A stretch of DNA of 64,000 bases from positions 448,001 to 512,000 of the forward strand of contig CAVSLV010000004.1 of NCBI GenBank assembly GCA_963728915.1. Reading direction: 5' to 3'. The position numbers were made by a program, and so were the translations under genes. Position 1 is the first letter of the stretch. Each line of letters opens with the position of its first letter. Below the pieces are notes generated by a model. The model searched no databases. It was not told the origin of the DNA and was given only the letters and a program-made list of their open reading frames with translations. This stretch comes from an uncultured Gemmatimonadales bacterium. GTDB taxonomy: Bacteria > Gemmatimonadota > Gemmatimonadetes > Gemmatimonadales > GWC2-71-9. Shown piece after piece: positions 31,117 to 42,507 of the stretch.

Positions 31117-32370
31117 TCACGATCCTGCCTCGCTCGTGGTGGATTGGCCGAGGAGCCAGGCGAAGACCTTCTCCTCGGTGAGGGTGCGTTCGAGCTCGGG
31201 CAGCCGCTTGGCCTGCTCGAGCGAAGCGTAAACCTTGGCCGGCTCGACGCCCCGTTGCGCCGCGATCGCGGCGATCCGGGCGTCGAGATCGGCCTCGGTG
31301 GCCCGGAGGTTCTCCCGCTCGGCGAGGGTCGAGAGGACCAGCTCGCGGCGGACCTGGGCGCTCGCGATGGGCCGCATTTCCTGGTAGAACGCCTCGGCCT
31401 TTTCGTGGGGCACTTCATAGGCGTGGAGCAGGTTGTGCAGCATCCGGTCCACCATGGATGGCGGCGCCTCGACGTTGTTGGCCTGCACCAGCTGCTCGAT
31501 CAGCTGCTCCCGCACCGCGGCGTCGGCCTCCCGGCCCGCGGCGGTGGCGAGATCCTGACGGACCGCCTCGGTGAGCGCGGTCACGGTCTCGAAATCGCCG
31601 ACTTCGCGGGCGAAGGCATCATCCAGCTCGGGGAGCTCCTGTCGTTTCACCTCGTGGAGCGTGAGCCTGACCGCGCGGGGCTTGCTCCGCTTCTCGGCGT
31701 CGGGATGATCGTCGGGAAAGCGGACCTCGGTCTCGATGGTCTCGCCGGGGAGCAGGGTCATGATCTTCTCTTCCAGGTCCGGGATCGCCTGGCCTTCGCC
31801 CAGGACGATGGAATAGGGCTGGGCCGGCTTGACCTCCCCCTCCTCGATCGGGGCGACCTCCACCCGCACCATCTGGCCCGGCGCAGGCTTCTCGGCTTCG
31901 ACCGGCAGCCAGCTGGCTCGCTGCTCCCGGAGCCGTCCCAGCTGCTCGGTCACCATCGGGTCGGTGACCGGGGGAACGTTGCGGGTTAACGAGAAGCCGC
32001 CGGTGCGGGAGAGCGCCAGCTCGGGACGGACCTCGACCAGGAGATCGAACTCGACCGGCTGGCCTTCTTCGAATTTGAGATTGCGAACGGCGGGATCGGC
32101 AATCGGCTTCAGCGACTCGGTGGTTTTCGCTTCCTCCCAGCCCTCCCGCACCACTTCCTCGATGACCCACTGACGGATCTCGTTCCCGAAGCGCTTCCGC
32201 ACCACCGCCTCCGGCGCCTTGCCCTTCCGGAACCCGGGCAGCCGGGCCCGGCTGGCGTACTGGCGTACCGCCTTGGACTCCGCTTCGCGTACCCGCTCGA
32301 CCGGTACGGTGACCCGCAGGGCCTTGGAGGCACTGTCCTCGGAAGTCTTGGTGATGGTGATGCCTGTCAT
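31117..32370 (-). CDS. tig: Trigger factor
   Basis: [10 protein letters not shown] ribosome-binding motif, FKBP-like middle, LPELDDAFA; upstream of clpP-clpX. Confidence 0.95.
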   Translation of the reverse strand: MTGITITKTSEDSASKALRVTVPVERVREAESKAVRQYASRARLPGFRKGKAPEAVVRKRFGNEIRQWVIEEVVREGWEEAKTTESLKPIADPAVRNLKFEEGQPVEFDLLVEVRPELALSRTGGFSLTRNVPPVTDPMVTEQLGRLREQRASWLPVEAEKPAPGQMVRVEVAPIEEGEVKPAQPYSIVLGEGQAIPDLEEKIMTLLPGETIETEVRFPDDHPDAEKRSKPRAVRLTLHEVKRQELPELDDAFAREVGDFETVTALTEAVRQDLATAAGREADAAVREQLIEQLVQANNVEAPPSMVDRMLHNLLHAYEVPHEKAEAFYQEMRPIASAQVRRELVLSTLAERENLRATEADLDARIAAIAAQRGVEPAKVYASLEQAKRLPELERTLTEEKVFAWLLGQSTTSEAGS

Positions 32371-32382
32371 GAGGGAAATATA

Positions 32383-32447
32383 GGGGTGAGGGGTGAGGTG
32401 TGAGCCCTCGCACCTCACCCCTCACCCCTCACACCTCACCCCACCCC
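32383..32447. repeat. Inverted 7-mer tandem arrays (GGGGTGA / CCCCTCA)
   Basis: GGGGTGA GGGGTGA GGTGTGA, then CACCTCA CCCCTCA CCCCTCA CACCTCA. Confidence 0.85.
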
Positions 32448-32719
32448 TATCGAAAGATCGACAGCACTCCCGTGGAGGTGCCGCTCAGCGCCCGGATGCC
32501 GAACTTGACGAGTCCCGCGAGGAGCGGGACCCCGACCCCGGCGCCCAGCAGAAAGGCGTCCAGGGTGACGAGGCGTGGAGTCCAGGCATCCACCAGACGC
32601 CGGCTCCGGGTGGCCACGAACACAGCGATGGCGGCGCCGTTGACGAGGACAAACAGGACGGCCGCGGTGCGGAAGAGAAACGTGCTGAGGCTGGTCAGGA
32701 AGCCAATGACGGATTCCAT
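32447..32719 (-). CDS. Small two-TM membrane protein, hypothetical
   Basis: 90 aa, two hydrophobic helices; TACCTT box 6 nt upstream of ATG. Confidence 0.65.
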   Translation of the reverse strand: MESVIGFLTSLSTFLFRTAAVLFVLVNGAAIAVFVATRSRRLVDAWTPRLVTLDAFLLGAGVGVPLLAGLVKFGIRALSGTSTGVLSIFR

Positions 32720-32782
32720 CTTGTCAAGGTATCGTCTCCGGAGGGGAGCGCAATGGGAAGTTGCGAGTTGAGACGTGTGGCA

Positions 32783-32864
32783 TGCGAACGCCGGGAGTCG
32801 AACCCGGACGGGTTGCCCCACAGGATCCTAAGTCCTGCGCGTCTGCCAGTTCCGCCACGTCCGC
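32783..32864 (-). tRNA. tRNA-Leu (anticodon TAG), CCA not encoded
   Basis: GCGGACG TGGCGGAACTGGCAGACGC GCAGGA CTTAGGA TCCTG, long variable arm GGGCAACCC, CCGGGTTCGACTCCCGG CGTTCGC A. Confidence 0.97.
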
Positions 32865-32873
32865 CTGTCCGCC

Positions 32874-34454
32874 CTACTTGATCGCCACCCTCACCACCCG
32901 CTCCTGCGCCTGCGGGTTATAGACGATCAGGGTCACGATGCCGCCGGGGCCGGCGTTCCGCAGAGCGGTGCGCAGCTCCGATTCGGTACGCACCGGCTGG
33001 CCCTCGACCTTGAGGATCACGTCCGGGCTCCCACCCTCGGCGCCGACCAGCTTGTCGCTCGCCGGGCCGTCCTGATCGACCTCCTGCACCACCAGCCCGC
33101 GCACCCCGTTCGGAAGCTGAAGCTCCGAGGCGATCTGGGGCGTCACCGGCAGCACCTTGATGCCGAGGGGCTGAATGGAAGCCGTCGGAGACGGATCGTT
33201 GCGGTTCTTGCCTTCATCCGGGTTGGAGTCGTTCTGGCTGGTATCGGCTTCCGTGGTCGACGGAACGGTGGTGAGCCGGGCCGTCAGGATCTTCCGGATC
33301 CCGCCCTTGCGAGCCACTTCGACCCGAACCGTCTGGCCGGGGTGCTTGAACCCGACCACCTGCTGAAGCTGCGCGACGGTCTCGACCGCCTGGCCGTCGA
33401 TCCCGATGATGATGTCGCCCTGCTCGAGGCCCGCGGCCCTGGCCGGCGAATCATCGCTGGAGAACCGCTGCACCTTCACGCCTCTGATCTCGGGCAGGCC
33501 GACGTACTTCGCATCGTCCGCATTCGCCTCATCCACCAGCACGCCGAGCGCGGCGCGCTCCACTTTCCCGGTGCGGATCAGCTGATCCATCACGTTGCGG
33601 GCCAGGTCGATCGGGATGGCGAAGCCGTAGCCCTCGTTGTAGCCGGTCTCGCTGGCGATCGCCGAGTTGATGCCGATCACTTCACCCCGGACGTTGACCA
33701 GGGGACCGCCGGAGTTGCCGGGATTGATCGCCGCATCGGTCTGGATGAAATCCTGGATGCTCCGATCGGTGCGCCCCGGAAGTCCGGGAAGTCCGCGCCC
33801 CTTGGCGCTCACGATGCCCTGGGTGACGGTGAAGGTGAGCTGCGACCCCAGCGGGTTACCGATCGCCAGGACCCACTCCCCGATCCGGGTGTCGGCGCTC
33901 GACCCCAGGGAAGCCGGGGTCAGGTCCTTCGCATCGATCTTGATGACGGCGACGTCGGTGGTCGGATCGGTCCCGATCACCTTGGCCGGGAACGACCGCC
34001 GATCGAGCAGCTCGACCGTGACCTTCTCGGCGCCGTCGACCACGTGGTTGTTGGTCAGGATGTAGCCGTCCTCGGAAACGATGAACCCGGATCCCGATCC
34101 GCGCTGGATGACCGGCTCGCGGCTCCGCTGCTGGGGAAAGAACTGCTCGAAGCCCCGGGGGACCACCGTCGTCGCGACCCGCTGCTTTCGCTCCGAGGTG
34201 ATGAAGACGACGCTGGGCCGCACGTGCTCGGCGATCGAGGCGAACGCGTCGCTGAGATCCACCAGGGCCCGCGTCTCCGGAAGGTTCGCGGTGTTGCTGA
34301 CGTTGCGCTGCGACGCTCTGGCGTCGATCCGGCTCCCGCTCTGAGCGAGCGAGCTCCCGGGCAGATTGAGCAGCCCGGCAAAGAGGAGGCCCAGCGCGAA
34401 GGCCAGGCCGACCAGACCGGTGAACTTGAGCCAATTGAGTTTGCGTGCCGACAT
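32874..34454 (-). CDS. degP: HtrA/DegP (Do-family) serine protease with two PDZ domains
   Basis: GSGFI, TNNHVV, TDVAV, IQTDAAINPGNSGGPL. Confidence 0.93.
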   Translation of the reverse strand: MSARKLNWLKFTGLVGLAFALGLLFAGLLNLPGSSLAQSGSRIDARASQRNVSNTANLPETRALVDLSDAFASIAEHVRPSVVFITSERKQRVATTVVPRGFEQFFPQQRSREPVIQRGSGSGFIVSEDGYILTNNHVVDGAEKVTVELLDRRSFPAKVIGTDPTTDVAVIKIDAKDLTPASLGSSADTRIGEWVLAIGNPLGSQLTFTVTQGIVSAKGRGLPGLPGRTDRSIQDFIQTDAAINPGNSGGPLVNVRGEVIGINSAIASETGYNEGYGFAIPIDLARNVMDQLIRTGKVERAALGVLVDEANADDAKYVGLPEIRGVKVQRFSSDDSPARAAGLEQGDIIIGIDGQAVETVAQLQQVVGFKHPGQTVRVEVARKGGIRKILTARLTTVPSTTEADTSQNDSNPDEGKNRNDPSPTASIQPLGIKVLPVTPQIASELQLPNGVRGLVVQEVDQDGPASDKLVGAEGGSPDVILKVEGQPVRTESELRTALRNAGPGGIVTLIVYNPQAQERVVRVAIK

Positions 34455-34549
34455 GGTGCTTTTCGACCTTCGTCAAAAGAGGAGTTCAGATTCAATATAC
34501 GTAGATGCGTACCGGTCGCTGAGGGTCGCGGGGCAAGGGGTTAGTCCCC

Positions 34550-36466
<1,917 letters not shown>

Positions 36467-36500
36467 TGCCTTGCCTTCGTTAAAGTCCGCCTTTCCCTGA

Positions 36501-36536
36501 GCAACGAGCATACCCCCTTTTCCTGTCATTTTGGCG
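36501..36536 (-). promoter_or_regulatory. Candidate sigma54 (-24/-12) promoter of dnaK with adjacent near-palindrome
   Basis: Minus strand GG-TATGCTCGTT-GC (GG-N10-GC, ends TTGCT) at 36514-36501; CTGTCA-TTT-TGGCG at 36523-36536. Confidence 0.55.
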
Positions 36537-36540
36537 CATT

Positions 36541-36628
36541 CGGAAGTCTGGAAGTCTGGAGGTCTGAAAAGGCATCCCGACTTTCCGACTTCCAGACCTT
36601 CAGACCTCCCTCCCGACCCTCCAGCCGA
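36541..36628. repeat. Inverted 8-mer tandem arrays (GGAAGTCT / AGACCTTC-like)
   Basis: GGAAGTCT GGAAGTCT GGAGGTCT then CCGACTT TCCGACTT CCAGACCT TCAGACCT, between divergent dnaK and PP2C genes. Confidence 0.8.
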
Positions 36629-36645
36629 CGCAGTAAGTTCACCTC

Positions 36646-37539
36646 ATGTCGCAGACCCCGGCCCCCTCTCTTCCTGCCGGAGCAACCGTGCCGAAGCCCA
36701 GGGACGAAGACCTCGATTTCTTCGGGGTCACACACCTCGGGAAGGTCCGCAAGGACAATCAGGATCATTTTCTGGTGGCCACGCTGCACAAGACCATGCG
36801 GGTCCGGGTCTCCAGCTTGCCTAATCCAGAGCTGCTCGAGATGCCGAGCCAGCGGATCGCGTCGGTCGGCATGGTGTGCGACGGGGTCGGCGGCCATGCC
36901 GGTGGAGAGGATGCCAGCCGGTCCGCCGTGGAAGCGGTGACCAGCTACGTCACCAACGCGATGGAGTGTGTGCTTTCAGAATCGCGGGAGGGCAGTTCAG
37001 ACGTCTTTCTGGAATCCCTGCGGACCGCGGCTCAGAGCGCTCACGAGCTGATCGCCCGGAAAGCCCATGAGAGTGGGGACCGGAAGGGCATGGCGACCAC
37101 TCTGACGCTGTTGCTTGCGGTGTGGCCCGACGTGTACCTGCTCCAGGTGGGAGACAGCCGGGGCTATCGGTACCGTCAGGGGGTCCTGGAGCAGCTCACC
37201 CGGGATCAGACCATGGCGCAGGAGCTGCTCGCTTCGGGGGTCCTGACCCCGGAGCAGGCGGCCCGGAGTCCCTATTCGAATGTCCTGTCGAGCTCGCTGG
37301 GAGGATCCACCTGGTCGCCGGAAGTGAGCCGCAGCGATCTTCGCTACGGGGATGTTTTTCTGCTCTGCACCGACGGACTGACCCGCCACGTTTCCGATGA
37401 CCTCATTGCCGAGCGGCTGCACGGGCTCACGTCCTCCGAGGCGGCAGCTCGCGCTCTGCTCCAGGATGCCCTCGATGCCGGCGGGACCGATAACGTCACG
37501 GTGCTCGTCCTCCGGAACAAACTGGCTCCGACGATCTGA
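36646..37539 (+). CDS. PP2C-family (PPM) Ser/Thr protein phosphatase
   Basis: GKVRKDNQD, VCDGVGGH, VGDSR, LTRDQT, LCTDGL, GGTDNVT. Confidence 0.93.
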   Translation: MSQTPAPSLPAGATVPKPRDEDLDFFGVTHLGKVRKDNQDHFLVATLHKTMRVRVSSLPNPELLEMPSQRIASVGMVCDGVGGHAGGEDASRSAVEAVTSYVTNAMECVLSESREGSSDVFLESLRTAAQSAHELIARKAHESGDRKGMATTLTLLLAVWPDVYLLQVGDSRGYRYRQGVLEQLTRDQTMAQELLASGVLTPEQAARSPYSNVLSSSLGGSTWSPEVSRSDLRYGDVFLLCTDGLTRHVSDDLIAERLHGLTSSEAAARALLQDALDAGGTDNVTVLVLRNKLAPTI

Positions 37540-37550
37540 TCCTTACGCTT

Positions 37551-40271
37551 TCAGCCGAGCTCCAGCAAGCCGAAACCGGCGGGGTCCTGCCGGTCTCCCC
37601 GTAGATAGATCCACCCTTCCCCGCCGCTCCAGGCGAGCTGACCGGCCCGGCGGATTCTTCCTTCCTGCATCTCATTCACGAGCAGGTCGAACCGCAGGTC
37701 GCCGGCCCAGCTTCCGGTAATGATGGAATGCGCCAGTTTGACGGTGATTACGTATCCATCCGGGGTCGGCGCCCAGGTTCCCTCGATAGCCGGTTGCTCG
37801 GTTCCAAGAGGACGCAGGTGGAGTCGTCCTCCCTCCTGCGGCACGATCAGGGCTCCAGCGGTCTGCCCGTTGTGAGCGAGGTAGACCTGGATGCCGTCGG
37901 AGTTGATGTCGTCCGGCTCGTTATCCAGCTCGAGCGCCGGAGCGTCCTCGGGCCGGAACACCAGGTCCGGCTTGCGGACCTGGACCGCGAGATACAGGTC
38001 ATCGCCATCCCAGTTGATCCAGGCTTCCGCCGACAACCGCTCCGGGTCGTAGGGCTCCTCGCTCCTCCGGTACTGGTGCTCGCTGTCCAGGGCGAGGGGA
38101 GCGCCGAGGTCGAATCCGTCCAGTGAGCCATCGAGTGCGGGGGGAGCGTCGATGCGCCGGGCGGTGGCAACGACCTCCGTCTCGACCCGCTCCTGGAAGA
38201 GGGGCCGGTGCGGCTTCGGCGCGGGGCGCAGACCGGTGAGCGTCGTGCTCGCTCCCGCGGCGTCTACGGTGACGCCGTCCGGACCGAGCCGGTACCGGAC
38301 CGGCCCGCTCCGGGTATCGACCCGGATCGATTCCTGGTCCATCGCGATGCCGGTGACTGCGGCGGGATCGTCCCCGGGAACGAGCCCGATCACCGTGAGC
38401 CAGCGGGCGGTTTTCGCGGACGCGCGGAGGGCGACGAAGTCGCGAGGCTCCGTCTCGCCGGGAAGACCCGGCCCGGTCGCGCGGAGCAGCTCGGCGCCGG
38501 GTGCGAGGAAGAACGCCTGGAGCGAGCGTTGCGACCCGGGCTGGTGCACCCGAAAGGCGCGCACGCCATCACGGTTTCCGGTATCCCGCCTGGCGCGGGT
38601 GAGGAACCGGGCCTCGAGGGTCGCGGGCTCCCAGGCGCCCTGGGAGTCGATCTCGAGATCGCCCTGGAAATGCCAGGGAAGGATCAGCTCGCGGGGAGTC
38701 TCCTCCTGGAGCTCCACCAGGTCGACCAGGTGGCCGGGGCCGAGCAGGATCGTGCGGGTTAGGGAGCCCGCGCGGCCCCGCGCCCAGGCCCGGGGGGGAG
38801 CCTCCGCGAAGGCGGCGCACCAGGCCTCCGCGCCGCCCGCATTCACCCCGTCGAGCAGGGGGGCGTTGTGGGCCAGGGCGGAGCGATACCAGGCCAGGGT
38901 CTCCTGGACATAGGATCCGGTGCCCGGATCGGGAAGCCAGTGCACCCCGCCGGCGTGGAGGGTCAGGTGGAGGTGACTCGGATGGCCGTGTCCGGGCACC
39001 GTGGGTCCGCATTCCAGGCCGACGTATTGGTCCTCGTGACGGAGGATCGCCACGCCCTGATCCGGCAGCAACAAACTTCCCGGGGACCAGGGGAGCTCGC
39101 GCGGGGGCCCCAGCGGAATGGCCGGCGCCACCCACCAGGAGAGGTCGGTGCGCCCGCGCGAGTCGGGCTGGGGCATGCCCGCGTCGTGCAGCCAGGCGTC
39201 GTAGAGATCTCCGGTTTTCGGGGTGGGGAGCCGGTAGAGTGCGTTGAGCCAGGCCTCGAGCTCGTCGTCTTCTCCGAGGAGGACCCGCCCGATCTCCCAG
39301 AGCTCGAGCGAGGCGGGATGGGCGAGCGATACTCCGAATCGGGAATCGTGGCGCGCCGGGTAGCTGAAATCCGGCAGTGCCGAACGGGCGGGAGCAAGGA
39401 GCGCGGTGCGAAAGTGATCCCGCACCTCGGTGTCCTCGAGCAGGTCGAAGCCCAGGAGCCTGGCCCAGCGGATCCCCTGGATCAGGCCGCGGAGGGCGAA
39501 CAGGTGATAGTTCTCTCCCTCCCACCACATTCCGTCGGCGCCGAAGCCGTCGGCGAGGTGGCCCAGGAGACCGGTCCTCGATTCGACGGCATTGCCCATG
39601 AGCTCGGCGTCCTCGAACCACGCCGCGATTCCCGCCAGGGCGGCGGCATGCCAGGTCTGCCGGTTGGAGAAGCCTTCGTTGAACTCGCCGATCAGGTTGG
39701 CCGCCTCCTCGGCGATCCGGTTGACTCCTTCGATCCGCTCTTCTGAAAGCAGGCCACCCTGGCGCAGAATGCTCGCGGCGACCAGGAAGGAATTGACCCA
39801 GAGGGACTCGAGGTAGGTGGAAAAGAAAAGATGGGTGGGTCCCAGCACGTTGTCGCGGTTGGGGAGCTGGAAATAGAGCTCATCGTAACCCGCGAGCATC
39901 CGGTCCGCGCGCGCCGCGGGCGGCTCGTCTTCGCGGAGGGTGGCGAGCAGCGCCAGATCCGCCGCCCGCTCCGCGATCCAGAGGTGCTGGGCCCGGGCCC
40001 AGTGACGGTGGTGGCGCTCGCCGGACCACTCCCGGCCGCAGCGGGGGCAGCGGTGCCGTTCGGGGCTCCAGGGATCGAAGGCGAGGGGCGAATGGTCGTC
40101 CGGGCAGGTGCCGCCATCCCGGGACAGGAGCGCCTTGACCGCGGGGATCGGGGGGACCCGGGCGAGCAGGGGAGCGGCCCGGCGGTCGAGGGTCGCGACG
40201 TAGCGGGTTAGGTCCGGATTGCCCTCGCGCAGGGCCGCGCGGAGACCCTCGAGCTCGGCCTCCGTCAGCAT
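37551..40271 (-). CDS. Heparinase II/III-like polysaccharide lyase with C-terminal CBM9/DOMON-like sugar-binding domain
   Basis: SNRQTWH, GMWWEG-ENYH, GHGH, DPGTGSY, WYRSALAHN; C-terminal PALDGSLD..LYLAVQV..SDGIQVYL; N-terminal CPDD..CPRC. Confidence 0.75.
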   Translation of the reverse strand: MLTEAELEGLRAALREGNPDLTRYVATLDRRAAPLLARVPPIPAVKALLSRDGGTCPDDHSPLAFDPWSPERHRCPRCGREWSGERHHRHWARAQHLWIAERAADLALLATLREDEPPAARADRMLAGYDELYFQLPNRDNVLGPTHLFFSTYLESLWVNSFLVAASILRQGGLLSEERIEGVNRIAEEAANLIGEFNEGFSNRQTWHAAALAGIAAWFEDAELMGNAVESRTGLLGHLADGFGADGMWWEGENYHLFALRGLIQGIRWARLLGFDLLEDTEVRDHFRTALLAPARSALPDFSYPARHDSRFGVSLAHPASLELWEIGRVLLGEDDELEAWLNALYRLPTPKTGDLYDAWLHDAGMPQPDSRGRTDLSWWVAPAIPLGPPRELPWSPGSLLLPDQGVAILRHEDQYVGLECGPTVPGHGHPSHLHLTLHAGGVHWLPDPGTGSYVQETLAWYRSALAHNAPLLDGVNAGGAEAWCAAFAEAPPRAWARGRAGSLTRTILLGPGHLVDLVELQEETPRELILPWHFQGDLEIDSQGAWEPATLEARFLTRARRDTGNRDGVRAFRVHQPGSQRSLQAFFLAPGAELLRATGPGLPGETEPRDFVALRASAKTARWLTVIGLVPGDDPAAVTGIAMDQESIRVDTRSGPVRYRLGPDGVTVDAAGASTTLTGLRPAPKPHRPLFQERVETEVVATARRIDAPPALDGSLDGFDLGAPLALDSEHQYRRSEEPYDPERLSAEAWINWDGDDLYLAVQVRKPDLVFRPEDAPALELDNEPDDINSDGIQVYLAHNGQTAGALIVPQEGGRLHLRPLGTEQPAIEGTWAPTPDGYVITVKLAHSIITGSWAGDLRFDLLVNEMQEGRIRRAGQLAWSGGEGWIYLRGDRQDPAGFGLLELG

Positions 40272-40319
40272 GGCGACGGGAGTAGTTTCCCCATGGCGGG
40301 GACAATAATCGGAGTCGGA

Positions 40320-41336
40320 ATGACGGACGAAGCCGCGCTGGAGGAGCTGCTGTCCCGCCCCACACCCGCGGTGGTCGAGGCGATGGGGACGCTTCCGGGC
40401 GACCTCCTGATCCTCGGAGCGGGCGGCAAGATGGGGCCGAGCCTGGCCCGGCTGGCCCGGCGTGGATCCCAGGAGGCGGGCGTCGAGCGCCGGGTCATCG
40501 CGGTGTCGCGGTTCGGGGAGCCGGAGCTCCGCGAGGCGCTGGACGCGGGCGGCATCGAGACCCTCGCCGCCGACCTGCTCGATCCCGGCGCGGTGGACCG
40601 GCTTCCCGATGCGCCCAATGTGATCTTCATGGCGGGGCAGAAGTTCGGCACGACCGACGATTCCGCGCGGACCTGGGCGATCAATGCCTTCCTGCCCGGC
40701 CTGATTGCGCGGCGCTTCGCGGCCAGCCGGATCGTCGCCTTCTCGACCGGGAACGTGTATCCGCTCTGGCCCCTGGAGAGCGAAGGGCCCACCGAGGCCG
40801 ACCCGACCGGTCCAATCGGTGAATACGCCGAGTCGACCCTGGCGCGGGAGCGGGTGCTCGAATTCCACGCCGACCGGAACGGCACGCGGATGACGATCCT
40901 CCGGCTCAACTACGCCATCGAGCCCCGTTACGGCGTTCTCCGCGATCTGGCCGATCGGGTGCGAACCGGCCGGCCGGTGGACCTCGGCATGGGCCGGGTG
41001 AACCTGATCTGGCAGCGCGACGCGAACGCCGTCGCGCTGGGCGCATTCGTCCATGGCGGCGTACCACCCTTCGTGCTGAACCTGACCGGGCGGCCGGCCC
41101 ATCGGGTGCGCTGGCTGGCCACCGAGCTGGGTCATCGGCTGGGGCGCGCGCCGCGGTTCGAGGGCAAGGAGCAGGACACCGCCCTCCTCAGTAACGCGGC
41201 GCAGATGGAGGCCCGGTTGGGCACGCCTCCGGTCGGGATCGAGGAGATGCTGGACCGGGTCGCCGAGTGGGTCAAAGCGGGCGGGCGATCGCTCGGCAAG
41301 CCGACCCGGTTCGAGGAGCGGAGTGGTCGCTTTTGA
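40320..41336 (+). CDS. NAD-dependent epimerase/dehydratase family (SDR) protein
   Basis: LILGAGGKMGP, MAGQKFG, FSTGNVY, GEYAES, RLNYA. Confidence 0.85.
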   Translation: MTDEAALEELLSRPTPAVVEAMGTLPGDLLILGAGGKMGPSLARLARRGSQEAGVERRVIAVSRFGEPELREALDAGGIETLAADLLDPGAVDRLPDAPNVIFMAGQKFGTTDDSARTWAINAFLPGLIARRFAASRIVAFSTGNVYPLWPLESEGPTEADPTGPIGEYAESTLARERVLEFHADRNGTRMTILRLNYAIEPRYGVLRDLADRVRTGRPVDLGMGRVNLIWQRDANAVALGAFVHGGVPPFVLNLTGRPAHRVRWLATELGHRLGRAPRFEGKEQDTALLSNAAQMEARLGTPPVGIEEMLDRVAEWVKAGGRSLGKPTRFEERSGRF

Positions 41337-41352
41337 GGGGGAGAGAGCCGGG

Positions 41353-42435
41353 ATGACACGACCGTGGTGGCGGACCGCGTTGCGGCGGGGGATGGTGATT
41401 CCGGCCCATCCCCTGGCGCTCACTCCGGCCCGGAAGCTCGACGAGCGGCGGCAGGGCGCCCTAACCCGCTACTACCTCGATGCCGGCGCCGGGGGGCTCG
41501 CCGTGGGGGTCCACACCACCCAGTTCGAGATCCGGAATCCCAAGGTCGCCTTGCTGCAACCGGTGCTCGCGCTGGCCGCCGAAGTGGTCCGGGAGCGACA
41601 GCAGCGCTACCCCGGTCGCCGGCGGCCGGTCCTGATCGCCGGGATCATCGGGGGTACCGCCCAGGCGGTGCGGGAGGCGCGCCTCGCGCGGGAGCTTGGC
41701 TATCAGCTGGGCCTGCTCGGCCTGGGCGCCCTGGCCCGCGCGTCCGATGCCGAGCTGATCGAGCATGCCCGCATCGTGGGACGGGAGATCCCCCTGATGG
41801 GCTTCTACCTCCAGCCGGCCGTGGGGGGACGGCCGCTGGGCTACCGGTTCTGGCGGCGATTCGTCGAGCTACCGAGCGTGGCGGCGATCAAGATCGCCCC
41901 GTTCAATCGCTACGCCACGCTCGACGTGATCCGCGCGGTTGCCGATGCCGGCCGGGAGGGGGACCTCGCGCTCTACACCGGCAACGACGACAGCATCCTG
42001 ACGGATCTGCTCACCGTCGTTCCGGTCCAGCGCCCGGGCAGCCGCCGGGCTCGGCGGGTCAGGATGGTCGGGGGGCTGCTGGGTCACTGGGCCTACTGGA
42101 CCAGCCAGGCGGTGGCCCTGCTCCGGCGAACCCACCACCTGGTGCGAGACCGCCGCCTCGGGGGACGGGCGCCTGCCGGACTGCTTGGCCTGGGCGCCCA
42201 GATCACCGACGCCAATGGGGCGATCTTCGACGTGGCGAACGGATTCCGGGGTTGCATTCCGGGGATCCACGAGATCCTTCGCCGGCAGGGCCTGCTGCGG
42301 GGGCGCTGGTGTCTCGATCCCGAGGAGGAGCTTTCCCCCGGACAGGCCCGCGAAATCGACCGGGTGTGCGCCAGCTATCCCCATCTGGCCGATGACGGGT
42401 TCGTCCAGCGGCACCTGGACGACTGGTTACGGTGA
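41353..42435 (+). CDS. Dihydrodipicolinate synthase-like (class I aldolase) family protein
   Basis: VIPAHPLAL, AVGVHTTQF, FYLQ, AIKIAPF (Schiff-base Lys), YTGNDD. Confidence 0.82.
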   Translation: MTRPWWRTALRRGMVIPAHPLALTPARKLDERRQGALTRYYLDAGAGGLAVGVHTTQFEIRNPKVALLQPVLALAAEVVRERQQRYPGRRRPVLIAGIIGGTAQAVREARLARELGYQLGLLGLGALARASDAELIEHARIVGREIPLMGFYLQPAVGGRPLGYRFWRRFVELPSVAAIKIAPFNRYATLDVIRAVADAGREGDLALYTGNDDSILTDLLTVVPVQRPGSRRARRVRMVGGLLGHWAYWTSQAVALLRRTHHLVRDRRLGGRAPAGLLGLGAQITDANGAIFDVANGFRGCIPGIHEILRRQGLLRGRWCLDPEEELSPGQAREIDRVCASYPHLADDGFVQRHLDDWLR

Positions 42436-42507
42436 GGTCGCAGGGTCGGAGGGTCGGAGGGTCGGAGGGTTGGGGGGTCAGGGGGTCGGGGGGTCAGGGG
42501 GTCGGGT
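42436..42507 (+). repeat. Tandem array of nine 8-mers, consensus GGTCGGAG/GGTCRGGG
   Basis: Begins at the base after the TGA at 42433-42435 and contains the stop codon of the convergent gene (42494-42496). Confidence 0.92.

Noticed and set aside
32760..32864. tRNA-Leu as an integration site
   Set aside because: No integrase and no duplicated tRNA 3' end seen; context is the ordinary tRNA-Leu/tig/clpP/clpX arrangement
40272..41423. N-terminal 384 aa of the 1290-aa minus-strand ORF
   Set aside because: Overlaps the real plus-strand SDR gene; the heparinase-like protein plausibly starts at ATG 40271
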